Below, one piece after another: positions 38,534-50,399 of a DNA stretch of 64,000 nucleotides. Position 1 is the stretch's first letter, and each line of letters opens with the position of its first letter. The translations under genes and the position numbers were made by a program. The notes beneath the pieces are model-generated. The model had not been told where the DNA came from. It worked only from the letters and a program-made list of their open reading frames with translations, and ran no database searches. The DNA is from Longimicrobiales bacterium (GTDB lineage: Bacteria > Gemmatimonadota > Gemmatimonadetes > Longimicrobiales > Gaopeijiaceae), in NCBI GenBank assembly GCA_965198065.1, contig CBDAON010000004.1:1600001-1664000 (forward strand), read 5' to 3'.

Positions 38534-38551
38534 GGCCTGAGCCGCCTGGCG

Positions 38552-39250
38552 TCAGGCCTCCGTGCCCTCCACGGCATGGAGGGTGTCGATCACTTTCTGG
38601 GCCGACTCCTCCATGTCCACAACCAGGGAGTCGATCCGGGACACGAAGAAGTTGTTCATGATGCTCACGGGGATCGCGATGACTAGCCCCATGGCGGTCG
38701 TCACTAACGCGACCCTGATCCCGCGGGCGACCAGGATGGCCTCGACCTCCCCCGCGGCCTCGATGGTCTGGAAGGCGATGATCATCCCAATGACCGTCCC
38801 GAGGAATCCGAGGAGGGGCGCGATCGTCGTGAGCGTCGCGAGGATCACTAGCCCCCTCTCCAGCCTCGAGAGCTCCAGGAGCCCCTGGTTCTCGATGGCC
38901 TTGGTGACGCGCTCCGTGCCCTCTCGCCGGCGCTCGAGCCCCGCGTACAGGATATTGGCCCCGGGCGACGAGGAGGCCTCGCACACCTTCATGGCCTCGT
39001 CGATCCGATGCTCACCGAGGAGAGCGTTGACCTCGCGAAGCAGCTTTTTGGTCGTGGACCCCTTCGACGTGAGCTCTACGAACTTCCAGATGATGACAAC
39101 CAGACCCGTGACTGTGCAGATGGCAAGCGGCCATTGCATCACCCCGGCGTTCACCCATACGTATTCGAATTGCTCCCGAAGCGTGAGGTCGGCGACCGGG
39201 ACGCCCGGAAGCTGAAGAAGCGTCGTGTAGAGGTGCGTTGGCCCGCCCAA
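38552..39250 (-). CDS. MotA/TolQ/ExbB proton channel family protein
   Basis: IAPLLGFLGTVIGMI and ALVTTAMGLVIAIP. Start uncertain (TTG 39250). Confidence 0.9.
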   Translation of the reverse strand: MGGPTHLYTTLLQLPGVPVADLTLREQFEYVWVNAGVMQWPLAICTVTGLVVIIWKFVELTSKGSTTKKLLREVNALLGEHRIDEAMKVCEASSSPGANILYAGLERRREGTERVTKAIENQGLLELSRLERGLVILATLTTIAPLLGFLGTVIGMIIAFQTIEAAGEVEAILVARGIRVALVTTAMGLVIAIPVSIMNNFFVSRIDSLVVDMEESAQKVIDTLHAVEGTEA

Positions 39251-39336
39251 GAGAACGTCCCGCCGCGTGGTGGATGGGGCTGGAGTCCGCCCGCCGGGGA
39301 ACTCGGGACGGAAACCCCGCAAGGTTGGAAGATGCC

Positions 39337-39365
39337 ATAATGGACGCGGGCACCAGGCGTGTCAA
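39337..39365 (-). promoter_or_regulatory. Candidate sigma70 promoter for exbB-like gene and polA
   Basis: Minus strand TTGACA (39365-39360), 17-nt spacer, CATTAT (39342-39337). Confidence 0.55.
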
Positions 39366-41434
39366 GTTGCGGTGGGGGGCTCCCCCTCCCGCACCTCGTA
39401 ACATGCCGCCCGGTGCCCCTCCCGGTGCTCCTCGAGCGGGGGGTGGACCGCGCTGCGGCAATAGTCCGTGGCCACTGGACACCGGTCGAGGAAGAGGCAC
39501 GTGAGCTCGGCCCTCGAGCCGCCCGCCCCGCCCGATCCGATGGCAGGATCCGGCCTCCGGTAGGTGGGATCGGGGACGGGCACGGCCGCGATCAGCGCCC
39601 GCGTGTACGGGTGGAGCGGGCGCTGAAGGACCTCCTCGGTGCCGCCCAGCTCGACGATCTTTCCCCGATACATCACCCCGATCCGATCGCAGAGGTACCG
39701 GGCGACGGCCAGGTCGTGCGTGACGTACAGGTAGGTGACGTTCATGTCCCGCTTCAGCTCCGCGAGGAGCTCCAGGATTCCCGCGCGGACGGAGACGTCC
39801 AGCATCGAGGTGGGCTCGTCGGCCACCACGAAGCGCGGCCGAACGATCATGGCCCTGGCGATCGCGACCCGCTGGCGCTGCCCACCGGAGAGCTCGTGCG
39901 GGTACCGGGGGAGGAAAGTCCCCGGAGCGAGCCCGACCCGGTCCAAGATCTCTGCCACGCACCGATCCCGCCCGTCGCCCTCCTCCAGCCGGAGGACCCT
40001 GAGGGGCTCCGCGACGATCTGGCCAATTGTCATTCGGGGGTTGAGCGACTCGTACGGATCCTGGAAGATCATTTGCACGTTTCGCCGAAGCTCTGTCCGT
40101 TCGATCGCGCCGAGCTCGACGGGGGCGCCGTTCACCCGAACCCGAATCCCTCCCTCGGTCGGCTCTTCGAGCCGGACGAGCAGTCGCCCGAGCGTCGTTT
40201 TCCCCGACCCCGACTCTCCGACGAGCCCGAACGTCTCGCCCTCGCGAATGTCGAGGCTCACCTCGTCCACGGCCCGGACGACGCCCCGGGGGGCGAAGAA
40301 GAGCGTCTGACCCACGGGGAAGTGCTTCCGCACCTCGTCAATCTGGACGAGGGTCGGCCTGGACGGGGGCGGATGGGACCCGCCCGGTTCGTCCGGGCCC
40401 CCGCCCCCCCGGGTCCCCGCCGTGTCCGGGGGGCCCTCCGGCACCCTGGCACGGGCCGCCGCCTCCGACAGGTGGTCCCACGGGAGCTGATGCCAGCAAG
40501 CGGCGGCGAGACCGTCACGACGTGGCTCGAAGGTGGGATCGTCCGTGGCGCACTCGGCCGTAGCCCTGGGACAGCGCGGGTGGAATCGACATCCGGCCGG
40601 CGGGCGGGCGAGGTTGGGCGGGGCCCCCGGGAGCGACTCGATCCTCCGGAGCAGCCCGCGGAGCGACGGGGACGACGCCATCAGCGCTGCCGTGTACGGA
40701 TGGACCGGACCGGCGAAGATCTGCGCGGTGGGTCCCATCTCCACGATCCGGCCGGCGTACATCACGGCCACCACGTCGGCCATCTCGGCGATGACCGCCA
40801 TGTCGTGGGAGATGTAGAGCATGCTCAGCTGCCGCTCGCTCTGGATCCGCCTGAGCTCCCGAAGGATCCGGTCCTGGACGATGACGTCCAGCGCCGTCGT
40901 GGGCTCGTCCGCGATCACGAGCTTCGGATTACAAGCCAGCGCCATCGCGATCACGGCGCGCTGCTTCATCCCCCCGCTGTACTGGTGGGGGTACTGGTCT
41001 CGTCGATCCGGAGCGAGACCCACCGCCTCGTACAGCTCCGCGACCCGCGCCCGGGCGTCCCGCTCCCGGAGGTGCGGCTCATGTGTTAGGATCGCCTCGA
41101 CGATCTGCTCGCCCACCGTATAGACGGGGTTCAGGGCGTTCATGGCCCCCTGGAAGATCATCGAGATCTCGCTCCACCGGACCCGCCGGAGCTCCCGCGC
41201 CGGGAGCCGAGCGAGATCTCGTCCAGAGAAATGGATCTCCCCCTCGACCTGCGCCGTGTCGGGAAGGAGGCCCATGAGCGCGAGGGCCAGCGTCGTCTTC
41301 CCGCACCCCGACTCCCCCACGACCCCGAGCACCTCGCCGCTCTGGAGCGTGAGGGAGACCCGATCCACGGCGCCCACCGCTCCGCCGCGCGTGGGGTAGC
41401 GCACCGCGAGATCGCGGACGTCCAGGAGGTCCAT
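39362..41434 (-). CDS. Peptide/nickel ABC transporter ATPase, fused OppD-OppF type
   Basis: Two ABC domains ([16 protein letters not shown] and [16 protein letters not shown]), each with HPYT and Cys-containing C-terminal extensions. Confidence 0.95.
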   Translation of the reverse strand: MDLLDVRDLAVRYPTRGGAVGAVDRVSLTLQSGEVLGVVGESGCGKTTLALALMGLLPDTAQVEGEIHFSGRDLARLPARELRRVRWSEISMIFQGAMNALNPVYTVGEQIVEAILTHEPHLRERDARARVAELYEAVGLAPDRRDQYPHQYSGGMKQRAVIAMALACNPKLVIADEPTTALDVIVQDRILRELRRIQSERQLSMLYISHDMAVIAEMADVVAVMYAGRIVEMGPTAQIFAGPVHPYTAALMASSPSLRGLLRRIESLPGAPPNLARPPAGCRFHPRCPRATAECATDDPTFEPRRDGLAAACWHQLPWDHLSEAAARARVPEGPPDTAGTRGGGGPDEPGGSHPPPSRPTLVQIDEVRKHFPVGQTLFFAPRGVVRAVDEVSLDIREGETFGLVGESGSGKTTLGRLLVRLEEPTEGGIRVRVNGAPVELGAIERTELRRNVQMIFQDPYESLNPRMTIGQIVAEPLRVLRLEEGDGRDRCVAEILDRVGLAPGTFLPRYPHELSGGQRQRVAIARAMIVRPRFVVADEPTSMLDVSVRAGILELLAELKRDMNVTYLYVTHDLAVARYLCDRIGVMYRGKIVELGGTEEVLQRPLHPYTRALIAAVPVPDPTYRRPDPAIGSGGAGGSRAELTCLFLDRCPVATDYCRSAVHPPLEEHREGHRAACYEVREGEPPTAT

Positions 41435-41442
41435 GGCCCCAG

Positions 41443-42402
41443 TTACCGCCTGCGGAGCCGCGGGTTCACGACCTCGTCCAGGCCGCGCCCTACCAGGTAG
41501 AAGGCGGCGCAGAGAAGGGTGATCGCGAGGCCGGGAGGGACCCAGAGGTACCAGTAGCTGGCCAGGAGCGGCCCGCCCAGGTACCCGGCCGTGTACGCCT
41601 CGTTGATCATGAGCCCTAGGCTCATCCGCACCTGCGGGAGAAGGCCGAAGAAGCTCAGGGCCGCCTCCGCGAAGATCGCGCTCGTGACGGTGAACATCAT
41701 GTAGAGGAAGCTCAGGGGCAGGACGTTGGGGATGACGTGCCGGAGGATGATGTGCACGTCGGATCCGCCGGCCACCCGCGCAGCGTCCAGGAAGGGCTTC
41801 ACGACCACGCCGAGCGCGCGGGACTTGAGGACGACCGTAATGCTCCCGAGCCCGACGAACACCCCTATGATGAGCGCCAGCCTAGGTAGGTCGAGCACCA
41901 TCACGCCCGTGAGCGCGACCAGGAGGGTGAAGATAGGGAAGATCATGAGGAAGTTCGCGAGCCGCATGAAGAGCGTGTCCACGATCGTGTTCCGGTAGTA
42001 GGCGGCCAGGCAGCCGACCACGGTTCCGAGGATCACGCTCACCGTGGCCGCGAGGATCCCCAGGACGAAGGCGACTCGCACCGAATACATGAGCTGGCTC
42101 AGGACATCCCGTCCAAAGCGGCTCACGCCGAGCGGGTGCTCCCAGCTGGGAGGCACGGGAAACGACTCGAGGCGGGTGAACCCCTGGATCGGGTGGTAGA
42201 CCTCAGGGTCCCAGACCGTGGCGAGGAGGACCGGGTGCGCCAGCGCGAGCAACCCGATGACCGTGATGATGCCGAGACCGATCGGCCCGATCCGGCCCTC
42301 GACGAAGACCTGCCAGCTTGTTCTCCACTCGCGGCGGAGCCGGTCCCACCGGCCGCGGGGAGCAGGCGGGAGACGCGGCTCCGCCGCCGCCGCCTCAGGC
42401 AT
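41443..42402 (-). CDS. Peptide ABC transporter permease (OppC/DppC type)
   Basis: HPLGVSRFGRD, EAA-like loop DAARVAG, RHVIPN. Confidence 0.92.
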   Translation of the reverse strand: MPEAAAAEPRLPPAPRGRWDRLRREWRTSWQVFVEGRIGPIGLGIITVIGLLALAHPVLLATVWDPEVYHPIQGFTRLESFPVPPSWEHPLGVSRFGRDVLSQLMYSVRVAFVLGILAATVSVILGTVVGCLAAYYRNTIVDTLFMRLANFLMIFPIFTLLVALTGVMVLDLPRLALIIGVFVGLGSITVVLKSRALGVVVKPFLDAARVAGGSDVHIILRHVIPNVLPLSFLYMMFTVTSAIFAEAALSFFGLLPQVRMSLGLMINEAYTAGYLGGPLLASYWYLWVPPGLAITLLCAAFYLVGRGLDEVVNPRLRRR

Positions 42403-42432
42403 GAGCGTCAGGCCTCGGGCGGGGCATCCGCC

Positions 42433-43605
42433 TCAGGCAAGGCGGATCCGGGGGTCCAGGAGCGCGTAGAGCACGTCCACCACGAGGTGGGCGAGGAGCA
42501 CCGACACGGCCAGGACCAGCACCGAGGCCATCGTCACGGGGAAGTTCTGCTCTAGGACGGAGCGAAGGAGGGCGTGGCCCATCCCGGGCCAGGAGAAGAT
42601 CGTTTCGGTGATGAGCGCACCGTCCACCACGAGGGCCACTGCGAGCGCGAACGACGTGGCGATCGGCAGGAGCGCCGTTCGGGCCGCGTGCCGATCCCGG
42701 ACGTCACGCTCCTCCAGGCCCTTTGCCCGGGCCGTCAGCACGAAGTCCTCCCGCATTGTCTCGAGCATCGAGTCGCGCATGATGAGCATCGGCGCAGCGA
42801 AGCCGATCGTGACCAGCGTCAGGACGGGGAGCGTCATGTGGTGCGCTACGTCCACGGCCAACCGGCCCAGCCCGGCCCGCTGCCACCAGAGAGCGGCCCC
42901 CACGGCGTAAACGCCTACCCCGGCGAAACGGGCGACCGTCCGGCCCCTGCGATGATCGATCCCCCGAGTGGCACCGAAGGTCAGGAGGGTCCACGCGACG
43001 AGGAGAATTCCCGTCGCGAGCATCGGGACGAGCACATCGTTCGACGTGAGCCCGAGCTCGATATGCGGCCTCCAGATCGCGAAGTCCTGCCAGCCGCCGA
43101 AGGGGAACAGGCCGAACCGGAGGGCGAAGAGCCAGAGGAAGAAGAGCGCCGCGACCGGAGTGAAGACGTTGAGCAGCACCACGCCCGCCACGGTGCCCGC
43201 GTACTCGGTCCATTTTCCCCGGCTCCATGCGATCAGCTTTCCCAGCGTGAAGCCGAGCGTGTAGCTCGTCACGACGACGACCAGGAACAGGAGGACCGTG
43301 CGGGGCAGCCGCTCCGCAATGATCTCGGTCACCGGCCGCCCGCCGCGAAAGCTGGGGGTTGGGAAGGCGGCGCCCAGATCTCCGCGGGCGAGCCCCGCCA
43401 TGTAGGCCAGGTAGCGCTCGTGCGCCGGGCGGTCCAGGCCCAGGCGCGCGATCATCGCCTCCCTGGCCTCAGCGGGGATGTTGGGCTGAATGAAGATGAC
43501 GGTGATGTCTCCCGGCATCACCTGGAACATGAAGAAGACGGAGGTGACGACGAAGAAAAGGAGAACTGCGCTCTGGGCGAGGCGATTTACGATGTATCGG
43601 GTCAT
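42433..43605 (-). CDS. Peptide ABC transporter permease (OppB/DppB type)
   Basis: GLDRP, TARAKGL, ETIFSWPGMG, LDPRI. Confidence 0.93.
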   Translation of the reverse strand: MTRYIVNRLAQSAVLLFFVVTSVFFMFQVMPGDITVIFIQPNIPAEAREAMIARLGLDRPAHERYLAYMAGLARGDLGAAFPTPSFRGGRPVTEIIAERLPRTVLLFLVVVVTSYTLGFTLGKLIAWSRGKWTEYAGTVAGVVLLNVFTPVAALFFLWLFALRFGLFPFGGWQDFAIWRPHIELGLTSNDVLVPMLATGILLVAWTLLTFGATRGIDHRRGRTVARFAGVGVYAVGAALWWQRAGLGRLAVDVAHHMTLPVLTLVTIGFAAPMLIMRDSMLETMREDFVLTARAKGLEERDVRDRHAARTALLPIATSFALAVALVVDGALITETIFSWPGMGHALLRSVLEQNFPVTMASVLVLAVSVLLAHLVVDVLYALLDPRIRLA

Positions 43606-45509
43606 CGCCGCAGCTGGACGGCGTGGATGAAGCCGGCGGTCTCCCGGCTCCGGATCCCCTGGAGCCCTCCGAGCCCGCTCGTGGTCGGGTAGGTCACTCG
43701 ATCCGATCGATACGCCTCGACGAGCGGTGTATCGAAGAGGACGACGTAGGGCACGTCGCGCGCCAGGTACGCCTGGAGCTGACCTGCCAGCTGGGCCGCG
43801 CGGTCCATGTCGTCGGCCTCGCGCAGAAACTCGTCCACGAGCCGGTCGTACTCAGGGTTCTCGTAGCCCTGGGCGTTCAGGCCGCGAAGCTCCGTGTACC
43901 GCGAGTGGAAGAAGGCCTCCAAATAGGAAGGGTAGACCGTGAGGCTCCACCCCAGGATCCACATGTCGAAGTCCTGGAGATCGAAGACGCGTTCCGTAAC
44001 GACATTGAATGCCGTGAGATTCGGCCGGACCGGGATCCCAACCTCGGTGAGCCACCGCTCGATCCAGTTCGCGAACGTCGCGCGAAGCGGATCGTACGCC
44101 TCGCCGGGGCCGAGGAGCTCCAGCTCTTCCATCGGCTCCCCGCTCGGGAGCCGGAGCCCGCTCCCTGGCTGGGTCAGGTTCCCCTCGGCGTCCAGCACCG
44201 GCTGCTCGTCCCAGGTGAAACCCGCCGACTCGAGAAGGCCCACCGCTTCCCGGATCCGTTCCGCACGGGACATCCCCGTGCCGTAGACCTGGACCTCGGG
44301 GCTGTGCCAGAAGACGTTCGCGGGCGGGACGATGCTGTAAATAGGATACGCGACTCCCTGTAGCACCCGATCCGTCACGAACTCCCGGTCGATCAGCACC
44401 GCCACCGCCTGGCGAAACGCGAGCAGGTTCATTGGCTCGCGGCGGAGGTTGAACGAGAGATATCGGATGCCGTTGTTCGGGTTCTCGATCAGCGTCACCC
44501 CGGGAACGTCCCTGAGCTGATCCTGGAAGCCGCGCTCGAGGCCTAGCGGGTTAAAGAGGAAGTCGGCTTCACCGGCCTGAAGGGCCAGCACTCCCGTGGC
44601 CTGCGCTCCGAAAACGCGGTAGTGGATGTCGTCGACGTAGGGGCCCGTGACAACCTCGAGCTCGGGGTCCCCGACGGGCTCCCCGTAACCAGTCCAATCG
44701 TAGAGATCCTCTGTGGAGAGCCGCACCGCGCCGTTCGGATAGAGCACCTCCCGCTCCCCACGGGACGAGAATCCGGGATTGGCAGGCCGGTTGACGAAGG
44801 AGCCTCGCTCCCAAATCCCGTAGAGGAACGAGCCGGCCACGGGCTCGTTCGTAACCTCCACGTCGAAGATCGCTCCGAGGGGGTCGTCGGCCGCGAGGGC
44901 GGCTTCCAGGTGCGGCTCCCAGAAGGCGCGCTGGAAGGTCGGCGCCATGAGAATCCCGAAGTTGTAGCGGCCGTCCGGGCGCGTCAGGTAGAACTCTACC
45001 GTGTAGTCGTCCACGGCCTCGGCGCGCACCAGCAGATCCTCGGGAGCGATCGAGGGGAAGTTCCCCCCGAGCTCGTTGGCTCCGAGCGTCGTGATGGCGT
45101 GGAACGTGAACGCCACGTCGTGCGCCATCACGGGAGTACCGTCACTCCAGAGAAACCCCTCTCTGACGCGCACGGTGGAACGCCAGAGCTCCGCATCCGG
45201 CTCGAGGGGCGTCGGCATCCCGTCGGCCAGCATCGGCACCCAGTCGTACCGCTCGACAGTGTAGCGATAGAGGGAAGGGTGGATGTGCGCGGTGACGTAC
45301 GCGTTCCAGATCGTGGTCTGGGGCCCGTAGTACGCCCACGGATTTCGAGCCGTGACGTCCTCGAAGATCCCTGTTACGTAGCTGCCGCCCTCGGGGACGA
45401 CGGCGCCCGAGGGCCCCGCGCCGCTCGGAGAGCGCAGCAGCAGGAAGACTCCCGCCAGGGCGACGACCACCAGGCCAACGATCGCTCCGAGGCTTCCGCG
45501 AGGCTTCAT
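43602..45509 (-). CDS. Peptide ABC transporter substrate-binding protein (family 5)
   Basis: WSDGTPVMAHDVAFT, FRQAVAVLIDRE, YENPEYDRL. N-terminal anchor. Confidence 0.92.
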   Translation of the reverse strand: MKPRGSLGAIVGLVVVALAGVFLLLRSPSGAGPSGAVVPEGGSYVTGIFEDVTARNPWAYYGPQTTIWNAYVTAHIHPSLYRYTVERYDWVPMLADGMPTPLEPDAELWRSTVRVREGFLWSDGTPVMAHDVAFTFHAITTLGANELGGNFPSIAPEDLLVRAEAVDDYTVEFYLTRPDGRYNFGILMAPTFQRAFWEPHLEAALAADDPLGAIFDVEVTNEPVAGSFLYGIWERGSFVNRPANPGFSSRGEREVLYPNGAVRLSTEDLYDWTGYGEPVGDPELEVVTGPYVDDIHYRVFGAQATGVLALQAGEADFLFNPLGLERGFQDQLRDVPGVTLIENPNNGIRYLSFNLRREPMNLLAFRQAVAVLIDREFVTDRVLQGVAYPIYSIVPPANVFWHSPEVQVYGTGMSRAERIREAVGLLESAGFTWDEQPVLDAEGNLTQPGSGLRLPSGEPMEELELLGPGEAYDPLRATFANWIERWLTEVGIPVRPNLTAFNVVTERVFDLQDFDMWILGWSLTVYPSYLEAFFHSRYTELRGLNAQGYENPEYDRLVDEFLREADDMDRAAQLAGQLQAYLARDVPYVVLFDTPLVEAYRSDRVTYPTTSGLGGLQGIRSRETAGFIHAVQLRR

Positions 45510-45557
45510 CCCGTCAGCTCCTCTCCTCGAGGGAATTCCGGTGCGAGGCGCGGGCGA

Positions 45558-46361
45558 CTACTTGCGCCAGGTCCACGACACCGATTCATAGTGGGGAAGG
45601 AGGGCCGCCGCCACCTCCTGCTCGCGTGCGCTCGCCTCCCCCCGAGCCCACTCTCCGCCCAGGGTCGCCGCTAAGCCGGCCTCGACCGCCGCGGCCACGA
45701 CGGGGAATCCGGGCTCGCAGGAGAGGAGCTCCGCGAGGGTGATCGCTCCATCCGACGTGTTTGCGACCGCCGGCGCCCAGCGAGCGGCCCCGGCGAGCGC
45801 GGCCATCGGGACCGACGGGCGCCCGAGGAGAAGCGAGCCGTGTTGGAGGAGCACCTTCCCGAAGCGGGCCTGTGCGCTCCCCACGAGCTTCCGCCCACGC
45901 ACCACCACCTCTCCCTCCGCTGGACACCCGAAACAGGGGCCGGCTCCGGGATCGGGGGGCCGCTCCCCCCGGCCAGCCCGCTCGGCCGCGACCCCGAGCG
46001 ACCGGAGGGCGGCCAGGAGTGCGTCGTTCACCGTTCGATACGCCTCCCTGAGCCCGCCGAGCGCCGCCAGCGGAGCCACTACCGCATAGGTGAGCTCACG
46101 GTCGTGCATCACTTCGCGGCCCCCGGTGGGTCGCCGCACGATCTCGGCGCCGAGCCGAGAGGCGGCCATCGGATCGTATCGATCCCGCGCGGGCTGGTTC
46201 CGTCCGAGTGAGAGGGTGGGCCGGGACCACCGATAGATCCGGAGGACCCCTTCGCCGTCCCTGGCCACGCGGGCAAGCGCGACGTCCAGGGCCATGTTCC
46301 AGGAACCGGACGCGGGCGGGTCCCGAAGGATCCTCCAGCGGCGGAAGTCGGCCCGCCTCAA
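45558..46361 (-). CDS. Lipoate-protein ligase / octanoyltransferase family (LipM/LplA-like)
   Basis: NMALD, RRPTGG, CF, KLVGSAQ, LQHGSL. Near gcvH/gcvP. Confidence 0.88.
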   Translation of the reverse strand: MRRADFRRWRILRDPPASGSWNMALDVALARVARDGEGVLRIYRWSRPTLSLGRNQPARDRYDPMAASRLGAEIVRRPTGGREVMHDRELTYAVVAPLAALGGLREAYRTVNDALLAALRSLGVAAERAGRGERPPDPGAGPCFGCPAEGEVVVRGRKLVGSAQARFGKVLLQHGSLLLGRPSVPMAALAGAARWAPAVANTSDGAITLAELLSCEPGFPVVAAAVEAGLAATLGGEWARGEASAREQEVAAALLPHYESVSWTWRK

Positions 46362-47044
46362 GGGTACGCCAGGGTCTCCCCGGGCTCGAGAGCCTCGACC
46401 CGGGCTCGGCTGCCAACCATCTCACGGAACGCCTCGGGGTCCTGTTGGATCACGTCGAAGGTGTTGTAGTGCATGGGGACCACGACCTTCGGACGGATGA
46501 AGTTTACCGCTCGGGCCGCGTCCTCAGGGCCCATCGTGTAGTTGTCTCCGATGGGGAGGAGCGCCACGTCCACCTGGCCCTCGAGGAGCTGCATGTCCGT
46601 GATGAGAGCCGTGTCGCCAGCGTGGTAGAGGCGGCAGTCCGGGAGGGAGAAGAGGAACCCGGCGGCAATCGTCGTGAAGCGCCCCGACTCGTCCCCGTCC
46701 ACCATCCCGCCGTGGAGCGCCGGCGTCATCTTGACCCGTCCGAACGGGAACGCGAAGCCTCCGCCGATACTCATCCCGTGCGCGGTCTGGATGCCCTTCG
46801 AGGCGGCGAACTGCTCGATCTCGTGCGAGGAGACGAGCGTCGCCCCCGTGCGCTTGGTCAGGGAGAGCGCGTCCGCGAAGTGATCTCCGTGGCCGTGCGT
46901 GCAGAAGATGAAGTCAAGCTTCGAGAAGCTCGTGCTCTTCACGTCGGCTCGCGGGTTCCCGTCGAACCAGGGGTCGATCACGATGCGCGCCCCGTCCGAC
47001 GTCACGAAGGAGAAGGTCGAGTGTCCATGGTACGTAAGCTTCAC
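46358..47044 (-). CDS. Metallo-beta-lactamase-fold hydrolase (UPF0173)
   Basis: YHGHS, THGHGDH, YHAGDT, PIGDNYTMG, PMHYNTF. GTG 47044 behind GGAGG. Confidence 0.92.
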   Translation of the reverse strand: MKLTYHGHSTFSFVTSDGARIVIDPWFDGNPRADVKSTSFSKLDFIFCTHGHGDHFADALSLTKRTGATLVSSHEIEQFAASKGIQTAHGMSIGGGFAFPFGRVKMTPALHGGMVDGDESGRFTTIAAGFLFSLPDCRLYHAGDTALITDMQLLEGQVDVALLPIGDNYTMGPEDAARAVNFIRPKVVVPMHYNTFDVIQQDPEAFREMVGSRARVEALEPGETLAYP

Positions 47045-47058
47045 GACAGTTTCCTCCG

Positions 47059-50013
47059 TCAGCCGACGACACCGGGGGCCGCCGCGTAGGACTCGATGGG
47101 AGGGCACGTGCAGACCAGGTTCCGGTCGCCGTACGCGTTGTCCACCCTCCCTACCGAGGGCCAGCACTTGTGGTCCCGCGTCCAGGGAGCGGGAAAGCCC
47201 GCCCGCTCACGGGAGTACGGATGACCCCACGTCTCGGCGAGGAGGGACCCCAGCGTGTGCGGGGCGTTCTTCAGCGGGTTGTCCGAGCGATCCATGAGGC
47301 CAGCCTCGATCTGGCGAATCTCCTCGCGAATGGCAACGAGTGCGTCACAGAACCGGTCCAGCTCTTCAAGCGACTCGGACTCGGTGGGCTCCACCATGAT
47401 CGTGCCTGGTACCGGAAACGCCATCGTCGGCGCGTGGAAGCCGTAATCCATGAGGCGCTTCGCGACATCCTCCTCCGTGACCCCCGACGATTTCTTGAAG
47501 GGACGGAGGTCAAGGATAAACTCGTGTGCCACCCACCCTCCCTTTCCCCGATAGAGGACGGGGAAGTGCCCCTCCAGTCGCTTGGCCATGTAGTTCGCGT
47601 TCAGGATCGCCGTCTCTGTGGCCCTCCGGAGGCCCTCTCGTCCGAGAAGCGCGATGTACGCCCACGAGATGACGAGCACCGACGCGCTTCCCCACGGGGC
47701 GGCAGACACCGCTCCGATCCCACGATCACCGCCCACCGCCACCACGGGGTGGTGGGGGAGGAACGGAGCGAGGTGCTCGGCCACGCAGATCGGGCCCATT
47801 CCGGGCCCTCCCCCCCCGTGCGGGATCGCGAAGGTTTTGTGCAGGTTGATATGGCAGACGTCGGCGCCGTAGTCGCCCGGCCGGCAGATGCCCACCTGGG
47901 CGTTCAGGTTCGCTCCGTCCAGGTAGACCTGCCCCCCCCGTTCGTGCACGATCTCCGCAACTCTCCGGATCCCCTCTTCGAAGACGCCGTGGGTCGAGGG
48001 ATAGGTGATCATGAGGGCGGCGAGCTCGCCTGCGTGTGTGTCCGCCTTGGCCCGGAGATCCTCCAGATCGACGCTCCCGCTCGCGTCGCAGCGGACCACG
48101 ACGACCCGCATCCCGGCCATCATGGCCGAGGCCGGGTTCGTGCCGTGGGCCGACGAGGGGATGAGGCAGATGTTTCGGGCGCTCTCGCCCCTCTCCCGGT
48201 GATAGGCGCGGATCACGAGGAGCCCCGTGTACTCTCCCTGTGCGCCCGAGTTAGGCTGGAGCGACACGGCCGGAAGGCCAGTGATCGCGGCGAGCCAGCG
48301 CTCCAGGTCCCGGATGGTCGAGTGGTATCCCGCGGCCTGGTCGGCCGGCGCGAACGGGTGCATGCGCGAGAACGCGGGCCAACTGAGCGGGATCATTTCG
48401 GCCGCCGCGTTCAGCTTCATCGTGCACGAGCCCAGCGGTATCATGCTCGTCGTGAGCGAGAGGTCGCGGCTCTCGAGCCGATGGAGGTACCGGAGAAGGT
48501 CGGTCTCGGAGTGGTAGCGGTTGAATACCGGGTGCTCGAGATACGGGGTCGTCCGCCTGAGGGACGGTGGGAGGGCTTCGGGACCGGGGCCCTGGGCCTC
48601 CGAGACCTCGAGGAAGAGGTCTCTGGCATCGGGCACGAGGAGCTCGGGCCCGGCCGGTTCCCCGGGGTCGGTCGCGACACCGACCCCCGCCGAGGTCCCG
48701 AAAACAGCGAGGAGATCCCGGACGTCCCCGGTCTCGACGGTCTCGTCCAGAGCTATGCCGATCGTTCCGTCCCCGAAGTCCCTCAAGTTGATCTCGGCCT
48801 CCCTCGCATCCGCCAGAATTATTGGTGCCGGAGCGCCCCGAGCTCGCACTCTGAGCGTGTCGAAGTAGTGGGCGTTCAGGACTACGTGCCCGAGCTTTTC
48901 GAGGCCGTGGGCGAGCACGCGCGTCAGGTCGTGGATGCGGAGCGCGATGCGCCGGAGACCCTCGGGGCCGTGATAGACGGCGTACATAGACGCCATGACC
49001 GCCAGGAGAACCTGTGCCGTGCAGATGTTCGAGGTTGCCTTTTCCCGCCGGATGTGCTGCTCGCGGGTCTGGAGGGCCATGCGGAGCGCCGGATTCCCGT
49101 GCACGTCTCGGGACACGCCGACGATGCGGCCAGGGAGCGCGCGCTTCAGCGCCTCGGTCACCGCCATATAGGCCGCGTGCGGCCCCCCGTATCCCATCGG
49201 CACCCCGAAACGCTGGGTGGTTCCCACCGACAGGTCTGCCCCGAGCTCGCCCGGGGCTGCCACGAGCGTCAGCGCGAGAAGATCCGCCACGATGCCGGCC
49301 AGAGCTCCTGCTTCGTGCGTGCGGCGGATGGCCGCCCTCGGATCCCTCACCTCGCCGTCGGTGGCCGGGAGCGCAAAGAGCGCTCCGAAGAAGGCGTCAT
49401 CGATTTCGCAGTCGTCGGGGCTGCCGACCACCACCTCCACTCCCAACGGGTGCGCGCGCGTGCGCACGACCTCGATTGTCTGTGGGTGACATCCGCGGTC
49501 CATCAAGAGGCGCCGGCGGTCGCCCGTCGACTCCGAGAGGAAGAGCGACATGGCCTCCGCCGCGGCCGTACTCTCGTCAAGAAGGGATGCGTTCGCGACC
49601 GGGAGCCCCGTGAGGTCGGCCACGACGGTCTGGAAGTTCAGGAGCGCTTCCAACCGACCCTGTGAGATCTCCGCCTGGTACGGCGTGTACTGGGTGTACC
49701 AGCCAGGGTTCTCGAGGATGTTGCGGAGGATGACCGGGGGCGTGACCGTGCCCTGGTATGCCATGCCTAGGTAGGAGCGGGACACGCGGTTCTCCGCGGC
49801 CACTGACCTGAGCCTCTCGAGCAAGGCGACTTCGGTGAGCCCCTCGCCGATTCCCGGGAGCGCCTCGTTTCGGATCGACGGTGGCACCGCGTCGGCGATC
49901 AGGCCTTCGATGGACTCGTATCCGAGGAGCGCGAGCATCCGAGCCGCCTCCTCGGAATCGGGCCCGACATGCCGATCCACGAAGCGGTCGGTGCGCTCCA
50001 GCGTTCGAGTCAT
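47059..50013 (-). CDS. gcvP: Glycine dehydrogenase (glycine cleavage P protein, single chain)
   Basis: [41 protein letters not shown] (PLP Lys). ATG 50013 overlaps the gcvH stop. Confidence 0.97.
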   Translation of the reverse strand: MTRTLERTDRFVDRHVGPDSEEAARMLALLGYESIEGLIADAVPPSIRNEALPGIGEGLTEVALLERLRSVAAENRVSRSYLGMAYQGTVTPPVILRNILENPGWYTQYTPYQAEISQGRLEALLNFQTVVADLTGLPVANASLLDESTAAAEAMSLFLSESTGDRRRLLMDRGCHPQTIEVVRTRAHPLGVEVVVGSPDDCEIDDAFFGALFALPATDGEVRDPRAAIRRTHEAGALAGIVADLLALTLVAAPGELGADLSVGTTQRFGVPMGYGGPHAAYMAVTEALKRALPGRIVGVSRDVHGNPALRMALQTREQHIRREKATSNICTAQVLLAVMASMYAVYHGPEGLRRIALRIHDLTRVLAHGLEKLGHVVLNAHYFDTLRVRARGAPAPIILADAREAEINLRDFGDGTIGIALDETVETGDVRDLLAVFGTSAGVGVATDPGEPAGPELLVPDARDLFLEVSEAQGPGPEALPPSLRRTTPYLEHPVFNRYHSETDLLRYLHRLESRDLSLTTSMIPLGSCTMKLNAAAEMIPLSWPAFSRMHPFAPADQAAGYHSTIRDLERWLAAITGLPAVSLQPNSGAQGEYTGLLVIRAYHRERGESARNICLIPSSAHGTNPASAMMAGMRVVVVRCDASGSVDLEDLRAKADTHAGELAALMITYPSTHGVFEEGIRRVAEIVHERGGQVYLDGANLNAQVGICRPGDYGADVCHINLHKTFAIPHGGGGPGMGPICVAEHLAPFLPHHPVVAVGGDRGIGAVSAAPWGSASVLVISWAYIALLGREGLRRATETAILNANYMAKRLEGHFPVLYRGKGGWVAHEFILDLRPFKKSSGVTEEDVAKRLMDYGFHAPTMAFPVPGTIMVEPTESESLEELDRFCDALVAIREEIRQIEAGLMDRSDNPLKNAPHTLGSLLAETWGHPYSRERAGFPAPWTRDHKCWPSVGRVDNAYGDRNLVCTCPPIESYAAAPGVVG

Positions 50014-50399
50014 TTTCCCACGAGCGTTCGATACGCCTCCGCGTCTAGCAGGTCGTCCAGCTCGGACAGGTCTGAGGCCTTGAGCCGCACCATCCACCCG
50101 TCGCCGTACGGATCGGCGTTCACCAGGGCGGGATCGTCTTCCAGCGAAACGTTCACGGCCACGATCTCGCCACCGACGGGGCAATAGATGTCGCTTACCG
50201 CCTTCACGGCCTCGATCGTGCCGACGACGTCGGACGCGTTGAAGGTCTCCCCGATGGCGGGAAGCTCCAGAAACACTACGTCCCCGAGCTCTCCCTGCGC
50301 ATAGTCCGTGATCCCGATGGTGAACACGCCCGACTCGTTCGTGGGCCTCACGTACTCGTGCTCTTCGGTGTAGTAGAGGTCGGCGGGAGTGTCGGACAT
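50010..50399 (-). CDS. gcvH: Glycine cleavage H protein
   Basis: [15 protein letters not shown], lipoyl-Lys motif [16 protein letters not shown]. Confidence 0.96.
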   Translation of the reverse strand: MSDTPADLYYTEEHEYVRPTNESGVFTIGITDYAQGELGDVVFLELPAIGETFNASDVVGTIEAVKAVSDIYCPVGGEIVAVNVSLEDDPALVNADPYGDGWMVRLKASDLSELDDLLDAEAYRTLVGK

